Source of the DNA: an uncultured Nitrososphaerota archaeon
GTDB lineage: Archaea; Thermoproteota; Nitrososphaeria; Nitrososphaerales; CADDZS01
DNA length: 64,000 nt
Reading direction: 5' to 3'
Assembly: GCA_963799845.1 (NCBI GenBank)
Contig: CAWCYI010000004.1
Location: forward strand, 1,952,001 to 2,016,000
Of the stretch, positions 1 to 9,262 are shown in pieces. Below the pieces are notes generated by a model that ran no database searches, was not told the DNA's origin, and was given only the letters and a program-made list of their open reading frames with translations. Within the stretch, counting starts at the first letter, position 1, and each line of letters begins with the position of its first letter. Made by a program: the position numbers and the translations under genes.

Positions 1-22
1 GCTCTTTGCGACTGGAGTAACT

Positions 23-265
23 GTGCTACTTCTGTATCTCTCGGTAAGGAATCTGAGCAAAAACAGAAAGGCGAGATTAAGGATCCTCCGGAAATGGCAT
101 CAAGAAATATTCTTTGAAAAGACTCAAGTTAACGAATCAGATCAAGCGAAAATGAAAAGGCTAGTTGAGCTCATTCATTTGATGGAAGATAACAGCATAG
201 CAAGAAATCCACACTATGAACAGCTTGATAGCGAGTTCATGAACTTGCTGAAAACAGCCCAATGA
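23..265 (+). CDS. Hypothetical protein, probably the 3' end of a gene starting before the window
   Basis: ORF at the window edge; no recognisable motif. Confidence 0.35.
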   Translation: MLLLYLSVRNLSKNRKARLRILRKWHQEIFFEKTQVNESDQAKMKRLVELIHLMEDNSIARNPHYEQLDSEFMNLLKTAQ

Positions 266-500
266 TCCTCTCATCAACTCACAAATCAAATCTGGTTTCC
301 TCCTAACCAGTTCAAGACATTACCCTAGATTAAATGGAACTAAAGAAGTAAAATCATAATAATTCTAATTCTGATTTCCTCGAAATCTCTTTCGAGAACT
401 CCGCCGAGATCAAGAAATATTCCAAAGTTTCCAAGTGCTTCAGCAAAGGTTCGATGCTGAACCACGTCCAATCAATGCTATCTTGGCATCACACGTATGA

Positions 501-635
501 ATTTACGTAAATCCCGAGTGCCGAGATGTGGGACCCTCGCACGAATTTACTAGTAAAAGTGCCACTGCGTCTGTAAATCCGAAAATCGAGAACAGAGGGT
601 CAGAACCAAGATTCGGACACGAATTTGCTAGTAAG
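501..635 (-). repeat. Palindromic repeat family copy R1 (motif A + spacer + hairpin motif B)
   Basis: Reverse complement reads CTTACTAGCAAATTCGTGTCCGAATC...TTTTACTAGTAAATTCGTGCGAGGGTCCCACATCTCGGCACTCGGGATTTAC, matching 5751-5880. Confidence 0.9.
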
Positions 636-666
636 TCATCAGCATACAAAAGTGGTGAATAAGAGA

Positions 667-1410
667 TCATTTCCATCTCGTGAGTATCTCTTCCCTCTTG
701 AAAGTAGCTGTACTTAGGTAGAAGAGAAGCAGATCCGCTACTAGAAAAATGCCAGAAATGATAAGCAAGTTGGGTGTATTCAATTGAATTACGTCGATCT
801 CGGTGGCCACGTAAATTATGAGAAATGGAAAAAACAAGATCCCGGTGAATTGCTGTACAGTTCGCACATCACTTGCTCGCGCTGACAAAATAACTGTTAA
901 TTGGATAGTGAGTAAACTTGCGAGTGGTGCAAGCACGAGGAGAATTATTGCAAACATCCAATTGGGATAGTAAAGATATCCAAGCGCATCCCGAGTGATG
1001 ATGTCCATCAAGACCATGTAGATCACCGAGCTAATGTAGATCGAAGCAATGGGAGGGACGAATGAAGAGATGCTCTTTCCCAGTAGAATCTCGCTGTCTG
1101 ACATGGGAGTTGCAAGGAGAGGTTCGAGACTCTTTTCGATCTTCTCGCCGACTATGCTGTAAGAAGCGAGTCCACTTGGAAGAGAAGCTGCTCCAATGAC
1201 AAACCAAAAGGAAAATGCGTTCAGAAAAGGTGTAATGGACGCCGAGACTGTGTCTGCACTCGGATAGAAGTGTTGAATTGCAACAATAATCCCGGGGAAT
1301 CCGAAGGCTATTCCAAGCGGGAAAGCTATCGTGGCGTATATACTTCCCCTCCTGCTCTTGAAAGATTCAAAGTCCTTTGATGCGACTGACCAAGCGTTCT
1401 GCAAGTCCAA
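667..1410 (-). CDS. ABC-2 type transporter permease
   Basis: About 6 TM segments; GEKIEKSLEPLLATP motif; adjacent to an ABC ATPase. Confidence 0.9.
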   Translation of the reverse strand: MDLQNAWSVASKDFESFKSRRGSIYATIAFPLGIAFGFPGIIVAIQHFYPSADTVSASITPFLNAFSFWFVIGAASLPSGLASYSIVGEKIEKSLEPLLATPMSDSEILLGKSISSFVPPIASIYISSVIYMVLMDIITRDALGYLYYPNWMFAIILLVLAPLASLLTIQLTVILSARASDVRTVQQFTGILFFPFLIIYVATEIDVIQLNTPNLLIISGIFLVADLLLFYLSTATFKREEILTRWK

Positions 1411-1412
1411 TT

Positions 1413-2333
1413 CTATTCTGAGCTCCTGATCAAATTCAAATACACATCCTCAAGAGTCGAGCTTGCCTCTGTAACGTACTGGATGCGACCGCCCGCTGCC
1501 CCAATCGAGTTCACAATGTCAGGATTTTGTTTCTCGGGATCGCTAACCGTGATTATCAGCTTGTTTTCTGCTACCTCGACATTTGCAACTCCGAGTCTTT
1601 TGACCGCGGATATGATTGCATTGTTGACGGATTGAAGTTGAAAAACCGTCTTCCTTCCCAATATTGACTCTCTGAGCTTTTCCGGTGTTCCGACCGCTAT
1701 GAGTTTAGTTCTTAGTATGCCCACTCTATCGCAGATTCTTTCAGCCTCGTCAAGAAGATGAGTGTTAAGAAAGATTGTTTTTTTCTCTTTCTTGAGATCT
1801 AAGATGAAATCTCTCACTGTTTTCGAAGCTTCGGGATCCAAGTTTGCGGTGGGTTCGTCCAAGAAGAGAACTTTGGGATCGTGAATTAGTGCTCGAGCTA
1901 TCGCAAGTTTTTGCTTCATTCCCTTGGAGAATGTACCAGCCGGAAGATCCCTTTTCTCCCAAAGCTCCATTAGCTTTAGTAAATATTCTATCCTTTCTTT
2001 TCTCTTAATTTCGTCGACCTTGTAGTACCTGCCATAGAAATCCAGGTTCTTGTATGCGTTTAGTTCCTCGTAGAGACCGACGTTATCTGGAATCAGCCCG
2101 ATCATCCCTCTGATCTTTGGTTGATCCGCGCTGTTTCCAATGTCATAATCGCCTATCTTCGCGGTACCACTTGTCTTCGATATGAGGCATGCTAGCATTC
2201 GGATAGAAGTGGTCTTGCCAGCGCCATTGGGACCGAGAAACCCGAAAACTTCACCTTCGGCCACGTGAAGAGTGAGGTCATCGACAGCGGTGAGATCGCC
2301 AAATTTTCTCGTGAGGTTCTCCGCATCTATCAA
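1413..2333 (-). CDS. ABC transporter ATP-binding protein
   Basis: Walker A GPNGAGKT, signature FSKGMKQ, Walker B LFLDEP, H-loop. Confidence 0.95.
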   Translation of the reverse strand: MIDAENLTRKFGDLTAVDDLTLHVAEGEVFGFLGPNGAGKTTSIRMLACLISKTSGTAKIGDYDIGNSADQPKIRGMIGLIPDNVGLYEELNAYKNLDFYGRYYKVDEIKRKERIEYLLKLMELWEKRDLPAGTFSKGMKQKLAIARALIHDPKVLFLDEPTANLDPEASKTVRDFILDLKKEKKTIFLNTHLLDEAERICDRVGILRTKLIAVGTPEKLRESILGRKTVFQLQSVNNAIISAVKRLGVANVEVAENKLIITVSDPEKQNPDIVNSIGAAGGRIQYVTEASSTLEDVYLNLIRSSE

Positions 2334-2935
2334 TTAGGTAAGTCCACGAAGATAACCCATCGTTGGAAATATAAAGCGCCCGCAGCTGTACAATTCTTGT
2401 ACAATGGATTAGACCGATTCGCGGATCGGCAGGTCCTAATCGGGAATATCGTTTCACATTGAGCGCGGACGCGATTCTATCCCCAGAGGAAGTAAAGAGC
2501 ATCGCCCAAAGAGTGCTCGCGATTGAACGGATTTTTCTCAGAAGGGGAGGTTTGTTTGGCATACTTTGTTTAGGTGAGAATGATGTGAATTTCCGACAGT
2601 TTGTGCTTACTAGGTGACATGATCGACCGTATTAAAGGAACGTAAAGCCACAGCCAAGCACATGTACGCAGCAATAGACTTGCACCAAAAAACTGTACAG
2701 TCAGTACTCAAGGATGAAGGGGGAAGGATAGAAAACGAGCTGAAGATCAACAAGGATGCAAAAAGCATACTCGAATTTCTTGATGGTACTGATGCTGAAA
2801 TAGTCATGGAGTCTGGTTACAACCACGAACACATCTATGATCTTCTAAAGGAGGAAGGATACGATGTCAAGGTAGCTCATCCATTGATGGTTAAGGCGAT
2901 CGCATACGCAAAAGTGAAAAATGACAAGGTAGACG

Positions 2936-4883
2936 GCGCGCCAAGGAATCTCTATGACTCGTGGACGTAAGTTCCACTCTGGGAATCGCAGGTTTGCCCA
3001 GATAGATTGGGGCACAGCTAGCGGAGCAATTCGCTGGCTGGAGCTGTCCTCAAATCAAATCCTCAGGCCGCAGCGCAAGCGAACTCGATGTAGCACCGTG
3101 AGGTCGGAGTGGGAAGGCCTAGCAAGTCGTCACTCTGCGAAGGCTAGAACTGCATCATCAGGTGTAATGCCTGTAGCCTGCGAGCATGCAGCTTCCCCGG
3201 TGTTGCAGGGGTGGCATGAGGAGAAAGCCATGGAGCCTAACTTGGGAGACCGGGTAGTGTCCATAGATGCTCTAACAACTAGGGCATCTTTGGTAGTGCT
3301 GCCTATAAGCTCGTTGAGCGAAATGGCGGCCGAAGCGCTGCACGGAGTCGGAAAGGCTAGTAGTATTCATGAGGGTGAGGACAGCACAACCTCGCACGAG
3401 AGAAGGAGCCTTACTTGTGTGCGTGACTGCTCAAAGTTCATGGACGAGTCCATTCTTCGCAAGAAGTAAGAGGTTGAAAGCTCGTAATTTGAAGCCCGTC
3501 GAAGAACTTCGTAGCAGTCTTTACCGAACAGCTGAAGGAGAACAAGGAAAGGAGATTCTACAGTCTAAAAGATAAAATCTGTCGGATCGATGTTTTGGAA
3601 GAAGCTTGGAAAAGAGTCAGAGCAAACAAAGGTGTGGAAGGAATCGACAACGAGACAATCGAGGACATAGAAAGGAGAGGAGTTGATGAATTCCTCTCGC
3701 GGCTACAGCAAGAACTCAAGGACGAAACATACAAAGTTCAGTGCGTCAGGAGAGTTTTCATTCCCAAACCGAATGGGAAGAAAAGACCTCTTGGTATCCC
3801 AACTGTAAGGGACAGGGTAGTTCAACAGGCGGTCAGATTAATCATCGAGCCGATATTCGAAGCTGATTTCCAAGATTTCAGCTACGGATACAGATCGCAC
3901 AGGTCGGCAAGAGATGCAAGCTTGGCAATCTACAGGTGCCTAAACTTCGGTCTTACGAACGTCATCGATGTTGACATCGAAGCGTTCTTCGACCACATAG
4001 ACCATTCAAAACTAATCTCCTTTGTCAAGGAGCGAGTCACAGACGGATACATCATCAAACTCGTCAGGGAATGGCTCAGGGCAGGCGTCGTCTACATGGG
4101 TGAAACGACTTATCCGAATGAGGGGACTCCTCAGGGTGGAGTCATCTCGCCTCTTCTAGCCAACATCTATCTCAACAAACTCGACGCAGCATGGACGGAG
4201 CTGAAGATGAACAGCAGATACAAGTACAATTCTCAGCTCGTTAGATACGCCGATGACATTGTAATCTTCACAGACAGGAGTTATGCAGGAAACATCATGA
4301 GGTTTCTCTCGGAATTTCTTTCCTCATATCTTGGACTCGAGCTGCGCGAGGACAAATCCAGAATCACTACAGCAAAGGAAGGATTTGATTTCCTTGGATT
4401 TCACTTCTTGAGAAGATTTGAGTTCAGGAAGGGGAAGGAAGTAACCAGATTCTTCCCGTCCAAAGCTACCGTGCGAAAGTTCAGGGACAAGGTTAGGGAG
4501 CTAACTGCAAGGGGTGTCACTCACGTCAAGGATGAAAGGCAGCTAGCCAAGGAACTGAACTTGCTCATTGTAGGATGGACTAACTACTTCAACCACTCTA
4601 ATGCCTCAGAAACATACGGAGACTTGCAGCACTACGTCGAATGGAAGTTCAGGCAATTCATACGCTTCAAACATCAGATTCGCAGATTGTCAGCCAGATA
4701 TGATGGCTTCGATCAGCCCTCTCAATTTGGCTTGAAATCTCTAGCGGGTAGAATCTCGTACGTAACTTGGGAGCCGTACGCTCTTCGGTGAAGCACCTCG
4801 GTAAGCTGTGTGAGGGAAAACTTCACGCACAGTTTGATGTGGGAGGGGGAGGATTGAAAACAAAATCCTCTCTTTCACCCAAC
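2936..4883 (+). mobile_element. Group II intron (ribozyme plus RT/maturase ORF)
   Basis: 5' GCGCG (variant of GUGYG), 3' ...CCCAAC; domain V AAGCTGTGTGAGGGAAAACTTCACGCACAGTTT at about 4804-4836 followed by a domain VI hairpin; exact excision restores the transposase frame. Confidence 0.92.
3489..4791 (+). CDS. ltrA: Group II intron reverse transcriptase/maturase without endonuclease domain; N-terminus frameshifted at about 3534
   Basis: RPLGIPTVRDRVVQ, GTPQGGVISPLLANIYL, RYADD, GFDFLGF, domain X GWTNYF; upstream LRSSLYRTA|KENKERRFYSLKDKI joins if one base is removed. Confidence 0.92.
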
Positions 4884-5594
4884 CAAGGACACTTGCAGAT
4901 CTACTGAGACTGGACATGATACCGGAGTGCTACATCCCCAGCCAAGAGATAAGAGAAGTAAGAGACCTGGCAAGGAGGAGACATTATTTCGTCTCGACAA
5001 GAACGATGTTCAAAAACAAAATCCATGCAGAGCTCAGCAGGAGATGGATTGATTACAGTAAAGATCTCTTCACGCAGACTGGGATGGACCATCTAAAATC
5101 GCTTCATATCGCAGCGGTAAATGACTACCTCGACTCAATTCAGTTCCTCGATGAGAAGATACGAGAGCTTGACGGCCAAATCAAGGAAAAGCTCTTGGCG
5201 ACAAATATGCGAAGCTCCTTGTGACGGTGCCAGGAATATCCTACTACGGTGCGCTGCTGATTTCAAGCGAGATTGCAGACATCAACAGATTCCCAGACCC
5301 AGAACACCTGTGCTCCTATGCAAAACTGGCACCCGGAACTCATCAATCGGGAGAGACACAATACCAGAAAGCAGATCGTAACAAGGGCAATCACATGCTC
5401 AACTGGATATTGATCCAGTGTGCTCACATACACGTCCTAAACTGCAACTCGTCGATTACTGGGCATTACAACAGGATCAAGGAAACGAGGGGAAACAAGA
5501 TCGCCATCGTCGCAGCAGCAAGAAAACTGACGTGCGCAATCTACATGATGCTGAAGGAAGAAAGAGCCTTCAGGCTGGACGGCTAAAACCATAA

Positions 5595-5741
5595 ACTGGG
5601 CTCGAGAATTTACTGCATCTTCAGGATGCGTTTACTAGGATGAGCCAAAGGCAATAAGCGAAAGCCACAATGCTCTTTTGGAGCGAATGGGAGTATGCTC
5701 GTCCAGCATGACAAAAGAGATATTAAGAAATGTAGCCCAGT
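5595..5741 (+). ncRNA. Putative bridge RNA/seekRNA of the IS110 element
   Basis: Internal loop with GAATTTACT (5606-5614) and TTTACTAG (5631-5638) around stem GCATC/GATGC matches both strands of the target; second loop carries ATGGGAG (5687-5693), identical to the IS right end. Confidence 0.8.
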
Positions 5742-5750
5742 CGACATGGG

Positions 5751-5880
5751 AGTAAATACGTGTCCGAATCTCGTTACATGACCGAGCTATCATCTTGAAA
5801 ATTTGGAAATAGGGGTTGTATTTTTACTAGTAAATTCGTGCGGGGGTCCCACAACTCGCACTCGGGATTTACTAGTAAAA
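5751..5880 (+). repeat. Palindromic repeat copy R2 (its left part lies at 2606-2613, split off by the IS110)
   Basis: AGTAAATACGTGTCCGAATC...ACCGAGCTATCATCTTGAA...TTTTTACTAGTAAATTCGTGCGGGGGTCCCACAACTCGCACTCGGGATTTACTAGTAAAA. Confidence 0.9.
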
Positions 5881-6017
5881 ACTGAAGCCAAATGCTCAAA
5901 CTTACACAGCAGCTCCCATAACGTTAGCGCGTTCATTTGCTGGCACAATTTACTGGCATCTCGAGGCTCAATTTAACCAATAAATACCTTGAACATGCGT
6001 GAACGACGAGTGCGAAC

Positions 6018-6392
6018 GTGACAAATTCAAAACTCTCGTTCATACATGTCGGTTTACCCTTGGATCACCCATCTATCCCAATCGAAATTCAGAAGGAAGC
6101 GAGCGTGCAGCTCCCAAGGTTGCGCGACCGGATGCAAGCGGAAGGCTATGGATATGAGCTTGTGTTTGCTTCGCCCGAGGATGGCTTAGAGAACTTCAAG
6201 TCGCAGCTAGGGGCACGTGGACCGGATGGCGTCGTCATAGGCGGAGGAGTGGTAGGCAATCCTCAAATGCGCTTCTTCATGGAGCAGATCATTGATGTAA
6301 TACGAACCTCTGCACCTAAAAGCAAAATCCTTCTAATTGGCAGGCCAGAGGAAGCGCCAGCCGCTGTTGCGCGATGGTTCCCAAAGGCCTAG
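6018..6392 (+). CDS. Hypothetical alpha/beta protein
   Basis: Plausible ORF with a DGVVIGGGV Rossmann-like segment. Confidence 0.6.
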   Translation: MTNSKLSFIHVGLPLDHPSIPIEIQKEASVQLPRLRDRMQAEGYGYELVFASPEDGLENFKSQLGARGPDGVVIGGGVVGNPQMRFFMEQIIDVIRTSAPKSKILLIGRPEEAPAAVARWFPKA

Positions 6393-6507
6393 GTTGTTCC
6401 AAGTAATGCGAGACACCTGCGAGCGCACTTGATCTATCTCATCCTGAAACGCCCTAATCCTGCCACTCTTACTGTAGTCTTCTAGACCCAAACGGAAGGA
6501 GGTCTGA

Positions 6508-6963
6508 TTGATAGTGCAGAAACCCCGGCTCAAGCTGCCTCGCGAGCTTCGCTCACTAGAGAAGCTCATTGGGAATTGGGGTGTTACGATTCGATGGTCC
6601 GAAGAGACACACAAACTGGTCGGTGGACCAAAAGAAGTGAAAGCTGAAGCAAAGATTTCCCTGATGAAAGAAGGAGGTTTTCTCCATTATCAGATGGGAC
6701 CCTCGCACTGGATAATCGGGAGAGATGAAAGCGCTCCAGAGTTTGCTGTTCTCTATAGCGATGAACGTCTGATTGCACGCGTATATCGAATGAGTTTCAC
6801 TCATGGGGTCTGGAAGCTTTGGAGAGATGCGCCCAAATTTCACCAGCGATTTGAGGGACACCTCAGATCTAATAAACGAAGAATAGATGCTTACTGGGAC
6901 AAATCAGAAGATGGGAAGTCCTGGATTCGCGACTTCGACATGATCTTTGTTCGTTCTGACTAA
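6508..6963 (+). CDS. DUF1579-like beta-barrel protein
   Basis: LEKLIGNW start, YSDER..RVY.M, W.KSEDG.SW..DFD end. Confidence 0.55.
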   Translation: MIVQKPRLKLPRELRSLEKLIGNWGVTIRWSEETHKLVGGPKEVKAEAKISLMKEGGFLHYQMGPSHWIIGRDESAPEFAVLYSDERLIARVYRMSFTHGVWKLWRDAPKFHQRFEGHLRSNKRRIDAYWDKSEDGKSWIRDFDMIFVRSD

Positions 6964-7001
6964 TGCCTGGAATCCTTAGATTTGCAAAAAAAAGAAAAAT
7001 C

Positions 7002-8403
7002 GTAACCGTTTAGCTTTTTGAAGCTGGATTTAGATAGTTCATGGCATAATCGTAAAAGTTCAATCCTCTCAGCCTGCACGTCTCTTTCACGCTCATCAAC
7101 ACTTTGTGTGCATCTGCTCCTTCCATCGATTGGTTGCCGTAGGTTATCTTTCTAATGACAACGCTTGGTCTTATTGCTCTCTCCGCTGTATTGTTGTTCC
7201 AGTCAACTCCAAGCTCTTCAAGGAACGTGAACAGCATTCCCTTCTCTCTTCTCAGACGCTTGACAAACCGCATGCAGTTTGTCTCATCCACGGTCGAATA
7301 CGATGCGTTAATTTTCTCGACCCTCGCTTCAAACCTCTTCTTGGCTCTTAGGCGATCCCTCTTTCCATTCACGCTCTTTCCAACTTTTATCGCGTCATTC
7401 AGTATGCGTTTGAGTTTCTTTGAAAACGGTGTGAATTCTTTTCCCGGTCTCTTATAGATCTGGGTGTCTTCTATATCACGGAGGTAGTGCAGAAGGCATC
7501 TCTGATGTTTTGTTCCAACGTAGTTCCATGCCGGCCATGAATCGCTTATCACGGTCCCAGCGTAGTCTCTACCAAGTACCTTTATGGGAACCTCGCTGCC
7601 TCGAGATCTTGCCACCTCGTAGATAACCGACCATTTGCCCACAAACGTCCAGAGCCAGTGGTTCTTTCCCTTGATCCTCCAGCTTGTTTCATCGCCATGC
7701 AGACTCTTTTCATTTCTCACTTCTGAGATGAGATCACTGTAACGCGGACCGAATGCTTCTGCAACCTTCATCACAGAGTGCTCCACCGAAGCCTCACTCA
7801 TCTCAAGATTGAAGATGAGCTTGAATAGTGAGGTGATTTTTGCGTACGACAGCCCCAGCAATTTGAGCGAAACTATAAGGAGCATCAGTCTGAGCCCGAA
7901 TCGCTCGTTGCTGAGGACATTGGGCACTTCAGGAGAGATCTGTCTCCTGCATCCGCAGCAATATCTCCTCTTAATTACGTATCTTGTTACAACCAATCTT
8001 GCGGGAACGACATCTTCGACAAATCTTTCGTATTTGTCTGTAGGTTTTTCTGAGAGGACTCCTCCGCATTTGGGGCATACAGTTTGATCCAGTTCCATCG
8101 TATGATCAACGTGGTCTGGCTTTCTTCTCGTCCCGCCTTCGTGACCTTTTCTTCTCCCAGATTTCTTGTGGTACTTTCTGTTATCGGAGGTGGTTGTAGT
8201 AAAGGTCGCGGGAGTGTCCTTCTTTGCGTTTATGCTCCTTGCAACAACTGCCCCAAGCGTTGTCTTGAGGGAGGCAAGCTCCTCCTTGAGCTGTTTATTC
8301 TCCTCCTTCAGGAGTCTGTTTTGTTCTTCAAGTTCATCGATTTGACTTTGGTAGTATTCGGGAAGATTACTTGGTTCATCGTCAATCGAAGACAAAGGCT
8401 TAC
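7002..8403 (-). mobile_element. IS66-family element, single-ORF (ISBst12-like)
   Basis: Ends GTAACCGTTTAGCT and reverse-complement GTAAGCCTTTGTCT (GTAA termini, 10/14 match); flanking 8-mers match only 5/8, so no clean TSD. Confidence 0.8.
7010..8395 (-). CDS. tnpC: IS66 transposase
   Basis: Coiled coil, CPKCG zinc finger, HGDETSW, ISD, QRCLLHYLR, NNNTAERAIRP. Confidence 0.93.
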   Translation of the reverse strand: MSSIDDEPSNLPEYYQSQIDELEEQNRLLKEENKQLKEELASLKTTLGAVVARSINAKKDTPATFTTTTSDNRKYHKKSGRRKGHEGGTRRKPDHVDHTMELDQTVCPKCGGVLSEKPTDKYERFVEDVVPARLVVTRYVIKRRYCCGCRRQISPEVPNVLSNERFGLRLMLLIVSLKLLGLSYAKITSLFKLIFNLEMSEASVEHSVMKVAEAFGPRYSDLISEVRNEKSLHGDETSWRIKGKNHWLWTFVGKWSVIYEVARSRGSEVPIKVLGRDYAGTVISDSWPAWNYVGTKHQRCLLHYLRDIEDTQIYKRPGKEFTPFSKKLKRILNDAIKVGKSVNGKRDRLRAKKRFEARVEKINASYSTVDETNCMRFVKRLRREKGMLFTFLEELGVDWNNNTAERAIRPSVVIRKITYGNQSMEGADAHKVLMSVKETCRLRGLNFYDYAMNYLNPASKS

Positions 8404-8508
8404 GGAAAGTTCAATGGAGAATCTTGGCCAAATAGCTTTCGGCCGATTACTTCAAAACGCTAAATGGATACGAAAAATCAATTCTGGGAGAGATGAAGGA
8501 AAGAGAAC

Positions 8509-8940
8509 ATGGCTAAGCGTATCTCGCGCGAGTCTGGAGCTAAAGGCGTAGATGACTATATTGCAAAATGTCCAAAAGACTTGCAGAGAAAACTAAAGAA
8601 GATCAGAGCGGCAATAAGACAGGTTGCGCGTGACGCTAATGAGACCACCAGTTACTTCGACATGCCAGGATGTTACTATCCCGGTTATGACTATAATGGA
8701 ATGTTCGCATGGTTCGGTCTCCAGAAATCATACGTTAGCCTCTTGCTGTGCCCTCCGACAATACAGACTTTTGAAAAACAACTCGCAGGCTACACTACAA
8801 CCAAAGCGGCTGTACACTTTCCATTGGATAGACCCGTACCTGTATCTCTGGTGAAAAAGTTGGTGAAGACAAGTTTGGCGTTAATGAAAACCAAGCCAAT
8901 GAAAGGTACCGTGAATCGAAAGCCAGCTCATGGGAGTTAA
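8509..8940 (+). CDS. DUF1801/YdhG-like protein
   Basis: VDDYIA...LKKIRAAIR...SY.MP...TTKAAVHFPLDRPVPVSLVKKLV. Confidence 0.8.
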   Translation: MAKRISRESGAKGVDDYIAKCPKDLQRKLKKIRAAIRQVARDANETTSYFDMPGCYYPGYDYNGMFAWFGLQKSYVSLLLCPPTIQTFEKQLAGYTTTKAAVHFPLDRPVPVSLVKKLVKTSLALMKTKPMKGTVNRKPAHGS

Positions 8941-8983
8941 GGGATCGGATGGAAGTCCTAGCCACCATAAACTTACCTCGGGA

Positions 8984-9028
8984 CACTCGGGCGTTAATTT
9001 TTACTAGTAAAGAGCGTAAATTTACGAG
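8984..9028 (+). repeat. Degenerate palindromic repeat copy R3
   Basis: CACTCGGG...TTTTTACTAGTAAA. Confidence 0.55.
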
Positions 9029-9262
9029 CTTTAGAAAAAACGCTTATTGAATTCCGAAGAAGCGGCAGTGAAAGGACACTCGGAATGTTTCTAATTCTTT
9101 TGAATCCGCGTGCTAGTTCACTTTTCGGATCGCACCGGATACGAGGTTTTCTGTGCTCGAATAACGCCCTTTGGTTTAGATTGGATTTTGATTTACTACT
9201 AAATTATACACATGAATCACTATTGCTCGCGAAATGCCAATCATCTCTCGTCCCCAAATTCT

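Larger units (their letters stand above)
2662..5586 (+). pseudogene. IS110 DEDD transposase: exon 1 2662-2935, exon 2 4884-5586, frameshift at about 5188
   Basis: AAIDLH, MESG and KNDKVD|ARTLADLLR rejoin in frame after intron removal; C-terminal VPGI...RF...SYAKLAP...QSG domain; frame change in the AAAA run at 5187-5190. Confidence 0.88.
2614..5752 (+). mobile_element. IS110-family (IS1111-like) insertion sequence, about 1.19 kb without its intron, inserted in a palindromic repeat
   Basis: Junctions CTTACT-AG|GTGACATG and CATGGG-AG|TAAATACG share an AG core; removing the element restores CTTACTAGTAAATACGTGTCCGAATC; imperfect subterminal IR CATGATCGAC/GTCGACATG; long 3' non-coding end. Confidence 0.88.

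Noticed and set aside
2954-3469. 171-aa ORF inside the intron
   Set aside because: Overlaps ribozyme domains I-III; no protein motif; likely spurious
3595-4791. DGR, retron or defence-associated reverse transcriptase
   Set aside because: YADD RT with domain X, flanking domain V/VI and precise exon rejoining identify a group II intron; no TR/VR pair seen
6994-8411. 8-bp target-site duplication of the IS66
   Set aside because: Flanks GAAAAATC and GGAAAGTT match only 5/8
7106-8551. Plus-strand ORFs antisense to the IS66 transposase (and similar shadow ORFs across the window)
   Set aside because: They overlap well-supported genes on the opposite strand or frame and have no motifs
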